From contig JBHGNT010000147.1 in assembly GCA_043228905.1 (NCBI GenBank), forward strand, positions 1,308 to 65,307: 64,000 nt of DNA. Reading direction: 5' to 3'. Position numbers and translations under genes: made by a program. Origin of the DNA: Azolla caroliniana (Eukaryota > Plantae > Polypodiophyta). Below are positions 52,212 through 63,429 of the stretch, one piece after another (position 1 is the first letter of the stretch; each line of letters begins with the position of its first letter). Below the pieces are notes generated by a model. That model saw only the letters and a program-made list of their open reading frames with translations. It had not been told where the DNA came from and searched no databases.

Positions 52212-53407
52212 TTATTTGCTAAGTGTATGTGCAATGTTGCACATCCTTGGTTTATTCGTCTCACTCGGTTTCACACCGTAGCCGAAAATCGTCACGATAG
52301 CACAGTCATTTTCTAGTTGATCATCGCCCTTCTTCTTTGTCGTATACAACACGACTTTTTTCTTGGACTTGACGTACTATAGAAACCATTCCTTGTTTGT
52401 TAGATCACCGCTAGGAAGGTCCTCACCACCAGTGGCAACTAACATTTTCTTTTGGCTAATTCCGTCTGATGGTTGAGATTTTGTCTCCTCGTTGGAGAGA
52501 AGTTTTTTTCCTCTCTTCATGTTCTGAGGAACTATTTGTTTCTGGGTCTCAATTGGAGAGCCTTGAATTCGGAGCTTTATTTTCTTCACAGGTCGGTTTG
52601 ACAAGTTCTCAAACAACCTATTTAAGAAAGGACGTGCGAAAATATATGTTAGTTGGTTGCCTAGATTAAGGTTGCATATTAAAATATACATGAACAGACC
52701 AAGACAAAAACTAGCAAGCGATTTGTGCTAAACTCTAAATATCAATCATACTTTTTGTGAACATGATAGACCTTTATTGTGAATTTAAATCTAGTAAGGG
52801 CTATTCAACTTCGAATATTATATATCTTAATAATTTTACAAGGATATGTATCATATTGGAGGGTAGGTATGGTTTATATTGATTCCATATCCCATATTGT
52901 TGAGAATTTTAATACGATAGATTTGAATTTGGTATCATAAAGGTAATTTGTGGGTTTTTTTCTATTATTTTAAGCTATTATAGGTCATAAAAACTATTTC
53001 AATAAGGGCGCTAAATGTTACAAAATGTAGCAAATGAAACTAAAAAAGTCTGAATTGGACATAAAATTGGTATCTTTTCACACATATATCAATATGTTCC
53101 CCCAAAGACACAATATTCCTCTATAAAGTTTGTGTTTTATACAAGAACTCGATACGCCGTATTGAGTTCCTATATAAAACACAAACTTTAAACAGGAACT
53201 CGATACGGCGTATCGAGTTCCTGTATAAAGCGGGGGATTTAAACAGGAACTCGATACGTCGTATCGAGTTCCTATTTAAAGTTTGTGTTTTATACCGGAA
53301 CTCGATACGCCGTATCAAGTTCTTGAGTGCTAGAACATATTTACAAAAATGTTCGTACTACCAATTGCTTACCTGGATTCTTGGTGCTCGCTCTTCTTCG
53401 AAGCCAT
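52212..53407 (-). pseudogene. Small two-exon lysine-rich gene of unknown function (~145 codons, one stop at 52377)
   Basis: TATAAATA at 53540-53533, ATG 53407, exon MASKKSEHQES ending CAG|GTAAGC (53373). Acceptor with CTAAC branch and TAG| at 52618. The phase-2 join is in frame (R-LFENLSNRPVKKIKL...). Confidence 0.6.
53119..53325. repeat. Array of four 25-bp palindromes with exact 51-bp period
   Basis: GAACTCGATACG-N-CGTATCGAGTTC at 53145, 53196, 53247 and 53298 (one mismatch each in the first and last), separated by 26-bp linkers. Confidence 0.95.
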
Positions 53408-54225
53408 GATTCTCGTCGTCGATGATTACGGGGAGATGACGATTTGGTGTTGCGTGCTCTGGCTTGTTTGTGCTCTGTGTGCTTGTGTGCTCTGTTCTGC
53501 ACGTGAGTGGTTGCGAAATGAGGGGGTCTTCCTATTTATAGGGATTGACCACACAGTTACTTTAACCAGGGTTGGTAAGCTTAAGGTTAGTTAGTTAGAT
53601 CTAAGAAAGAGTTTCTTTGACCTTAGGACACTTTTTTCTTAGACCTTAGTAAGTACACTTTATTTAGTACATAATCTTGATTGTACCAATGACCCTTTAA
53701 TGGATTTGAATTAAATGATGCTTATGAATGAATTAATGATTAAATACTCAAACTAGCATATTAATGATTATTTTATACTCAAACTAACATAAAATGCCTT
53801 TAAAGGTCATAAAGAAAACAATGATAGAGGTTCATGAATGAACCAATGATTGAATGCTCAAAGCAACATTTTTATGACTCTCTAATGTTTTGTATTAAAG
53901 ATGTGGCCATGAATGAACCAATGGTGGGCATGATTGAACCAATGATTGAGAAGTTCTATATTAAATATGGGTGCCATTACTTAACCAATGATTTTAACTT
54001 TAAACCAACATATATTTGGCTTGGTAATGATTGTAAATATATTATACTTGATGGTTAAAGTAAATTTAATTTAAATTATATATTATAGGATTAATAAGGT
54101 ATAAAATATAATTGATTCGACTTTATACTAACTAGTTTAAGTAATTATTAATATGTTTAATAAATTTATTATACTAAAAATAATATCTTTATTTATTGTA
54201 TTAATATAATATTAAATAATATAGA

Positions 54226-57200
54226 TGTTGAGAGACAAGCTCAACATCGGCCGGATCGGTTGAAGAAGCCGAGGACCGGATCAGTTGGGACGGATCGGTT
54301 AGGTCGTTAGGAAAGATATTCCGTGAGGAATATATTTGGGAGTTAGTGTAGGGGCTCTTAATGAGCATTGAAGTACTGTCAGTACTTCGGTCAGTCCTTC
54401 TAGGACTTGTATAAAAGTGCTCACTGAGCACGTCTTATGTACAGAGATTGAGTATTATTGTGAAATATAGTTTTTTGTGTTTCTCTCTCTGTCTCTCCCG
54501 CGTATACCGTGTAAGTCCAAGCTCTCCATTAAACCTGTGTTTCCTTCCTCTGTTCTGTCTTCAAACCTGCTTCCGCACGCTACTTTCTACATGGTATCAG
54601 AGCGCGAGGGTTGAGAACCTCTCTGCAGCCGACACAGCTTGACGAAGAAGAACAAGAAGAACGATGGATAGAGGCATGGCGAGCTCGCTTCCAATAGAGA
54701 AGCTCGACAGAACCAACTACGCGTCTTGGTCCTACAAGATGCACCAGTACCTGCTCGGGCATGGCTACTGGAGTTATGTCGAAGGAGCTAATGACGCGGC
54801 ACCCAAATCGACACAGAGAGACTTTCCGTCGTGGGAGCAATCAGCGAGCAGGGTACTATACTGCTTCGCGTCGTGTGTGGGCGAACAGCTATTGAGCTAT
54901 GTTCGGGAAAATCTGAAGAAGATCTGAAGAAGATCTTCCCCGCGAGCACCATAGCCAGGAAGCTTAAGCTTCGACAGGAGTTGAGCAACCTATGACAACG
55001 CGACTTGTCGGTGGCGGACTATACCTCGAAGATCAAGGATATCTGCGACTCCCTCGCCTCCATAGAGGTGAACATCGAGGAGAGCGAGATGGTCCAGATC
55101 TATCTCGGAGGTTTGGCGTCGAAGTTCGGAGCGTTCCGAACGGTTGTGTGTACCCGGGAGAATACGTCGTCCTTTTTCGACTTACAGTCGATGCTCTTGG
55201 TAGAGGAGAACCACGCGGGTGCGTCGACAAGCACGCACACCGACAACAAGATGTTGTACACGGAGGGAGAAAGGCCCCATGGTCGTGGCGGACGAGGCGA
55301 GTCGGTACGCAATGGAAGCGGTCGACAAGATCAAGGAGGAAGGCACCGATGTGATGCCAACAGCAACTCTGGACCCTCCGGAAACAGGGGGAGTCAAAGC
55401 GATGAGAACCGGCAAGGGAAGGCCATAGCGGAGTGCTGGTACTGTGGCAAGAAAGGCCACAGGGAAAGCGAGTGCTGGAAGAAGCGCGCCGATTCGAAGA
55501 GAACTGGTCCTGGGAACGACTCCAGACATACCGACAAGGGAAATCGGCAGTGATCGCACTACGCCAAAGACTCCGGGAGAGCTGGAGAAGGGTCTGTCTT
55601 CGTGACGAGACACGAAGCAAACTCAATGAAACAGAGCACCCCGAGATCGGACGAGGTGTGGTACGTAGACTCCGGCGCGTCAAACCACATGACGAGCCAT
55701 AAGGAGTGGTTCTCGTACCTTGAGAAACCGATACAACCGGGAGTAGTCTCAACAGGAGACGACACTCCGCATCCGATCGCGAATGTCGGAGAAGTTCCCC
55801 TTAGCCATGTCGGGCAGAAAGGGAAACTCAAGAACGTGTTGCACGTTCCGACAATCACAAAGAACTTGGTCTCGGTCGGACAGATCGTCGACCAAGGGAT
55901 GGAGGTTCGGTTTACACACCTCGGGTGCTTCATTGAGGAAGAAGGCCGTGTGATTGCGCAAGGGCGCAGAGACGGGAGGATGTTCATCCTCGACTCCACT
56001 GACGGCGGCACCGCAATGTTCACGAAGGGACAAAAGACCGAGTCGGACATCGACTTGTGGCACAAGCGGATAGGCCACGTCAACTACCAGCGGCTTCAAG
56101 GTCTGCAAACGAAACAGGTAGTGTTCGGTTTGCCCAAATTTAGTGGCCGAAAGGCACAAGTTTGTGAAGCCTACCAGCTTGGGAAGCAACACCGACTTCC
56201 CTTCCCCAACGAGCGAAACCGGAGCCGGAACAAGCTCGACCTTATACACTCCGATGTATGGGGGCCGGCACAAAACGTTAGTCTTGGCGGGAGCCGATAT
56301 TTCGTCTCCTTCATCGACGACCACACGCGGCACACGTGGATCTACCTCATTGAGAGGAAGAGCGAAGTCTTTGACTGTTCGTGGAATCCGAAACGGGACG
56401 GAAGATCAAGTGTCTGCGGTCGGATGGCGGGAAAGAGTACTTTTCCGGTCAATTCAACGGTTATCTACAACAAATGGGAATTCGGCGCGAATTCAGTTGT
56501 AGATACACGCCAGAGCAGAACGGCGTGGCCAAGAGAAAGAATCGGTCGATTGTGGAAGCGGCACGGGCAATGCTGGAGGAGAAGAGCTTGCCCAAGTTCT
56601 ACTGGGCCGAGGCGGTAAGGACCGCGGTATACATCTAGAACCGGATTGGAGACAAAGTGTCGGCGCACGAGCTATATTTCGAAACGAAGCCGAACTTGCG
56701 ACTCTTGAGGGTGTTCGGTAGCATTGCGTATGTGCATGTACCGAAGGAGAAAAGGAGGAAGCTAGACGCAAAGGCCGAGAAGTGCATCTTGGTCGGTTAC
56801 TCGGACGGGCAGAAGGGTTATAAGTGCTATAACCCTCGCACCAAACAAGCGCGTGTCAACCGCGACGTTGTTTTTGACGTGTCCACGTCCTGGTACCTAC
56901 CCTTGCCTCGGAACCCTGACTCCAATACGAGCTCTGACAATGAGGTCAGCGAGGCCGAGATGCCTCCGGATGAGCCCGAAATCGAGACCCGCGAAGAGAG
57001 TCCGATTTCACTCCGGTTAAGTGGACCGATTGGACGACTGAGTTGGTACGACCAGTCCGATGAAGAGCCGGCGAGTAGTGAAGACTCGACCATGCATTCC
57101 CCGCGCAGGAAGCCGAGGAGACGGCTTACGCGCAAAGAGAAAGGGAAGAAGAAGGTGTCGGATTCCGGCACGGATAGGAACAAGTTAGACCGACGCGAGT

Positions 57201-59857
57201 CCGACTCTGAGGGAACCGGTGACGGGTCTTTGAAGGTGAAGACCGTGTCGGCCGAGAAGGCCTCGACATCGGCTGATGTGAGATTACGCCGATCTACCCC
57301 TCAATAGAACCCAGTTGTGCGGTTCGGATACAATGAGTACATGGCGCATCATTATGCGTACATGACCCGTGTAGCGGAAGTGCGTGAGCCGGAGAGCTAC
57401 GCAGAAGCGGCGAAGGACGCGAATTGGCGCGTCGCGATGGAGGAAGAGATGCACGCATTGGCGGAGAACGAGACCTGGGACCTGGTTGACGCACCGAAGG
57501 GTGTGAAGCCGATCGGGTGTAGGTGGGTGTACAAGGTCAAGTACAACACCGATGGCTCGGTTAACCGGTACAAGGCTCGGCTAGTGGCAAAGGGCTATGC
57601 GTAGAAACATGGCATCGACTACGATGAGACGTTTGCGCCGGTCGCGAAAATGACGACTGTCCGTGTTTTGCTGGTAATAGCCGCGGCCAAGGGGTGGCAC
57701 TTACATCAGATGGATGTAAAGAATGCGTTCCTGCAAGGTGACCTTGAGGAACAGGTGTACATGGTACAACCCCCCGGATTTCACTCCGGCACGAACTCCT
57801 CGGCAATATGCCGACTGAAGAAGTCCCTTTACGGACTGAAGCAAGCCCCGTGTGCCTGGAACACGAAGATAACGCAACAACTGCGTCGGATGGGCTTCGT
57901 CACGTCAAAATCAGACTCTTCCCTGTTCATCCGGAAAGGTCGACTCGAACCGGTTAGTATTTTACTGTATGTTGATGACTTGGTCATCACCGGCGCCGAC
58001 CTAGGTGAAATCGACCGCGTGAAGCTCCAGCTTGCGGCATCGTTCGACATGAAGGATCTGGGGGACCTTCATTACTTCCTCGGGATCGAAGTGATCCGTA
58101 CCCCCGAAGGCATATTGATTAGCCAACGTCATTACGTGCTGAGTATGCTCTTCAAGCTCGGGATGGCCGACTGTAAGTCCGTCTCGACTCCTCTGGATAG
58201 AACCGTGAAGCTTCATCCCGATACGGGAAAGGAATGCGACCCGACGAGGTTCCGACAAATTGTCGGAAGCCTCATATACTTGACCATCACCCGACCCGAC
58301 CTCAGTTATCCGGTCGGGGTGATCAGTCAGTTCATGGCGCGACCTACCGAGGAGCACCTTCAGTGTGCGCAACGCATACTTCGGTATGTCAACGGCACTA
58401 AGGATCGGGGACTGCTATATCGGACTGGTGCAGCCGCACAGTTAGTCGGCTACACCGATGCTGATTGGGCTGGCAACGCCACCGATCGCCGATCCACGTC
58501 TAGATACACGTTCTCCCTCGGGAGTGCCTCGATCGCGTGGAGCAGTAAGAAGCAGCCGACAGTTGCACTGTCGAGCACCGAAGATGAGTACCGAGGAGCA
58601 GCTGTCGCGACATGCGAAACCATATGGTTGAAGCAGCTACTTAAGGACCTGCAAGAGGAGGTGTCTAATCCAACGACGATCTACTGCGACAACCTCAGCA
58701 GCATCCAACTCGCGAAGAACCCCGTCTTTCACGTACGGACCAAGCACATTGAGGTGCACTACCACTTCGTCCGTGAGCGTGTCCTTTCCGGTGAAGTCGA
58801 ACTTCAGTACGTTCCGACGGATCGGCAGGCTGCCGACATCTTCACCAAGCCTCTTGGTCTGGACAAGTTGCGGCAATTCTCAGTTGCGCTCGGGTTGCGT
58901 CACCTTGACGTGCCGAACTTGAGGGGGAGAACAGTCCCGAACGACCAAGCAAGGCAGCAGGAAAGGAGCGGTGACCATGACACCGAGTCGTTTGACTCGT
59001 TTGTTGACTCGGCTGAAGACGGATCGGCTGAAGAAGCCGAGGGCGACTTCGGATCGGCTGAAGAAGCCGAGGACGGACCCGCGGAGAAGTTCAAAAGCGG
59101 ACAGAAGGGGAGCAGCCGAAGGAGAGAGCCGAAGCCAACCACGGATAGGGGAGATGACGCCATTGAGGGCGAGAAAACCGAAGACGAGTTGGAGACAGCC
59201 AACTCGGACGAGAGCGAAAACCGATCGGAGGTAGCCGAGTCGGTTCGGATGTTTGATTTAGATAAGCTGAATCAACCGAGGCCCAAGCGGAAGAAAAGGC
59301 AGCAGAAGAAGCGTCAACACCGCAACAGCAGAAGAGCTGATAAAGGCCGCATAAGCATACAAGCCGACCGGAAAGGTCAAAGCGCGCGGAGACGAACAGG
59401 TCGAGGAGCGCGAGCGAGGCGTGAAGCCAGGAGGAACCGGAGCCGTGAGCTCGAGGATTCCGAAGAGCCTCGAGTTGAGCTTGAGGGGGAGTGTTGAGAG
59501 ACAAGCTCAACATCGGCCGGATCGGCTGAAGAAGCCGAGGACCGGATCGGTTGGGACTGATCGGTTAGGTCGTTAGGAAAGATATTCCGTGAGGAATATA
59601 TTTGGGAGTTAGTGTAGGGGCTCTTGATGAGCATTGAAGTACTGTCAGTACTTCAGTCAGTCCTTCTAGGACTTGTATAAAAGTGCTCACTGAGCACGTC
59701 TTATGTACAGAGATTGAGTATTATTGTGAAATATAGTTTTTTGTGTTTCTCTCTCTATCTCTCTCGCGTATACCGTGTAAGTCCAAGCTCTCCATTAAAC
59801 CTGTGTTTCCTTCCTCTGTTCTGTCTTCAAACCTGCTTCCGCACGCTACTTTCTACA
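54226..59857 (+). mobile_element. Ty1/Copia element H, full length, inserted into the Sola-type transposon
   Basis: 366-bp LTRs (54226-54591, 59492-59857; ~7 substitutions), TSD ATAGA on both sides, PBS TGGTATCAGAGC (54592-54603), PPT TTGAGGGGGAG. Confidence 0.98.
54664..59497 (+). pseudogene. pol: Copia H gag-pol with ~190-aa charged C-terminal extension
   Basis: [62 protein letters not shown]; the frame stays open to the LTR. Confidence 0.95.
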
Positions 59858-59963
59858 ATAGACATAATTTATATTGAGGGAGTTTATGTTTAGAGAGGAT
59901 CTTATTAGTTTTTTATATTAGCCCAAGCACATAACTTGAAGAGCTCTATGTGGACCTTAAGCC

Positions 59964-62615
59964 ATGAGTGAAGACTCACCGTTCTTGATTGAAGAATATT
60001 GTTTGTCATCAGACTTTGCCTTTTCCATTGAAAAGTATTGTCTTTTAACAGACTCACCATTTTCTATTGAAGAATAATGTCTGTCGACAGACTCACCCAT
60101 TTCTATCGAAGAGTATTGTCTGAGCTCATCTTCACCTACAACACATGTGAATAATGACACATGTGAAGAGTTCTCTATTGAAGTATACAATATTAATAAA
60201 GATACGGAGAATGAAGGTAGTGCCAATGAAACATCGAATATCATGGGTGATGGTCACAACAAAGAATTGGATTGTAACAAGGTTACCCCAACTTCTATAC
60301 AGGAAGAGAAATCTGGAAGCCCTATGCATATTAGAAGAATCCCATGTAGAATTCGTCTAGCCAGATTTAACTTGGTGACATCAGATAAGCAGATTGGATT
60401 TGATGTCAACAAAATATGTTTTGCCCGTGGTTGTATGTCTATGATTGGAAAATCAAAGTTGTGAGAATTAAGGCATAATATTTTTCGATGACTATTGATG
60501 ACCAAGACACTTACCTCGGGTCACATATGCAACTAGTGTCTGACAAATGTACGGGGATCAAATAAATAGGTTCCAAGTATTAAAGGTGCAATTGGAAGAC
60601 ATGCTATTGGTTGGATAAAAAGTTACTTTCAGTTAAATTGTGAGGTAATGCCCACTACAGGTAGGATGCACGTCTCTGATAATTACACACGTCGGGAAGT
60701 TAATGATGTCTATCGATCAAATATGGTGGGCTCACGTAATAAATCTGTCACATATAGCCAATTCACAAGATTATGGAGAGCTCGGTTTTCAAATGTTATC
60801 ATTCTGCATAAAGTACGCATGGGGTATTGCTCCATTTGTGCAAATCTTAAAAGTTTGGCTAAGGTGCAAAGACATCAATGGAAAAGGATATCATTAAGAA
60901 GTTACTACAGGAGCATCGTGAGGCACAATCATTAGAATGAAAGAAGGTGATGCATCATAGAGAGAAGTGTTTGAAGAGGCCCGAATAATACATGTGCTTA
61001 ACGATAGATGGCATGGACCAGAAGAAGACGTGCTTGCCGCATATGCAGAGGCTCCCCAAAGACATCAATGATGAGTGCCTTGTTCAAATGCACTTGGTGG
61101 GATGCTTGGCTTATAATAGGTCTGTTGGACCTCACATCTTCATTACATACCCCAATGTTCACAATGACCCTAACCTAACAGTTACAGTGATTCACCAAGT
61201 TTTGATGTCTTGGGGCCAACCGTTCCCCCCTGTTCTATACATTCAATAGGACAATACTACTAGAGAGAACAAAAATTCAACTATGTTTGGCTATCTAAGT
61301 ATGTTGGTCAACCAAGGATTGTTTAGAAAAGTGAAAGTCAATTTTCTTTTGGTTGGCCACACACATGATCATATAGATAAGATATTTAGCACATTCTCTA
61401 GACAGTTGTCTCGGCATGATGCTTTCACATTACCAAAACTATTTGATGTAATTTGTGATGCATACACACCACGCCCAAAAGTGTTACACTTGAAGGAGGT
61501 ATATGACTTTAAGAGATATATATTAGATGGGGGTGTTGGGAATGTTAAAGTGCTCGCCCAATTAAACAATATAAGATTCAATCACATTTTTATGATAAAG
61601 AAAAATGAAATAAGTGGTTCTACGCTTTTGTATGCTAAACAATATTCATCTTCTACAACATGGGAACCTGAAAGGTGGTTTCCAGTTATTACTTTGTATG
61701 CCGAGTACAGTTGTCCATGGAGCTAAATAAATGCCAATTGAGAAGAAAGGATAGTTGCATAGTGACTTGGTATCGGAACAAAAACAATTATGGCTCCAAG
61801 CCTTAGAAGAAAAAAGAAAGCATATTGAGGCCGCAAAGAAATATGCCGCACAACAAGACACATCATGGTGGGATGTATTTTTCAGTGATCAGAAAGGAAT
61901 TATAGACAATTGTGTATTTGGTGATAATTGGAATTTGGAAATGCCATTCACATGGTCGCTACAACATGATCGTGTAAATAAAACTCCGGAGCAACCAACA
62001 AATGCGATTAATGACAGTTTGGTCCATCCACAACAAAGAGACATTTATGTGGGACCAAGGATGACCAAAGCAGCCGAAGCTAGATGGCAAGGCAATTTGC
62101 AAGAGCTCACGGTGGGGATGTTGATTGCAACACCGGCTGATGAGAACTCACATGGCCACCAATTTTGGGTTGGTAAAATTCTAGAAGTGCTAATGCATGA
62201 AATAGAAAACACGATCAAGTCTATAAACGTTCATTGGTACAACACTAGAAATGCAAATGCTTTTACGGTTAAGTATACATTGGAGAGGATTGAATGCCCA
62301 ACGACAAGGGGAAGTAGGAAGAGGAAGCGAAACATTCGTAACACCTCGAACCTTGATATCTCTGATGTGGATATCATCGTGTACGACTTCACGCTTACAA
62401 AAGCCGGACGATTAAGGAAGTCAACAATAGATATAATAAAAGAAAAATTACTAGGTCTACAAGGTGGCTCGAGTCGAAGGCAAACGAGATCTGCTACATA
62501 TAATCTAGAGTCAAACCATTTGGTTTATGACGAAGATAATGCACTGATTGGTACATCTGTGGATGACGAGGAGGAATCGTCATTGTATATTAGTTATAGT
62601 AGCGATTCTCCGTAA
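59964..62615 (+). pseudogene. Sola-type DDD transposase with N-terminal 13-aa repeats and C-terminal BAH-like region
   Basis: SQFTRLWRARF, CSIC, TIDGMDQ, YIQ*DNTTRENKN and FLLVGHTHDHIDKIFS motifs across ORFs 60648-61726; C-terminal FWVGKI...VHWY; several stops and frameshifts. Confidence 0.85.
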
Positions 62616-63271
62616 AGGAGTGATCATGAATGTATTTTTGGCTATTAAGTGTAACTACATTCCGCTTGTAACAAATCGAGTAAAAGTAAAGGATGTGTTT
62701 TGAGTTCTTATGATTTCTAAAAAATCGTTTCTTATAAAATAACATTGGTTGTAAAGTTGTGATATAAATTGAGAATGTAACTTTTTGAAATTCCTCTTTT
62801 GTTATTTATTTCTAAATCACGAAAATAGTGGATTTTTAACCTTTTTCATAGTATATTTGAACATGTATGATACTGGTATCAATGTGTTTTGTAAAATCAT
62901 TCAAAAAGTACTAAAATCAATCAAAATATTCCTTATCCTTCCATTTATGTGCGATCCTTCCACTTGTGAACGCGAACGTGTTGGAGATTAGGAAGACGAC
63001 TACAACCGACTTCTTACGCCCTAGCACACACAACGTATATGGCTCAACATAGAGAAAATAAACTCGGCACGAATAGGTACGAGAACACAGAGAGTCAGGC
63101 AATAAGAAACTATATTTTAGACTTTGAACACAAAATTATTGCTCCCTTTTTACAAGTTTTCCATGCCCTTTATATACAGGGTCATGGGTGCCTATGCTCG
63201 GCGTGTGAACCGTTACTTTCATTAACTACACTACGACTGTTACTCCCTCTTTACTATGCTACGGCCCCATC

Positions 63272-63398
63272 TGTCAGGAGCAGTACTAAGACAGAGAAGT
63301 ATTGTCAGGAACAATACTAAGACAGAGAAGGAATTAGTACTAAAAGATGAGGATTAGTACTAAGGGAGGTGTAGAACTCTCGAGAGAAGGAAAGAGTA

Positions 63399-63429
<31 letters not shown>

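Larger units (their letters stand above)
47604..62982 (+). mobile_element. Large Sola-type (Sola1-like) cut-and-paste DNA transposon with cargo genes
   Basis: Perfect 31-bp TIRs AACACGTTCGCGTTCACAAGTGGAAGGATCG (47604-47634; 62952-62982), 4-bp TSD GGAG (47600-47603; 62983-62986), internal DDD transposase. Confidence 0.92.
47446..63271 (-). repeat. LTR J, split by the Sola-type transposon (pieces 47446-47603 and 62987-63271) and cut by chromovirus K
   Basis: Begins TGTTAC where Copia I homology stops. Removing the transposon and one TSD copy restores a GTGGAGATT tandem. Minus-strand TATATAAAGG near 63170. Confidence 0.55.

Noticed and set aside
53119-53325. CRISPR array (palindromic repeats with regular spacers)
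   Set aside because: The linkers are related to each other rather than unique, there are no cas genes, and the context is eukaryotic and intronic.
55033-59634. Long antisense and alternative-frame ORFs over Copia H (and likewise over F and G)
   Set aside because: Shadow ORFs of GC-rich pol sequence with no recognisable motifs.
47606-62980. CACTA/CMC classification from CACG termini
   Set aside because: That boundary gives no direct-repeat TSD (AA versus TT). AACACG ends give a clean 4-bp TSD, and the transposase motifs are Sola-like.
62979-63271. New LTR starting at TGTTGG 62979
   Set aside because: Those bases belong to the right TIR plus TSD; the downstream sequence continues LTR J from 47446-47603.
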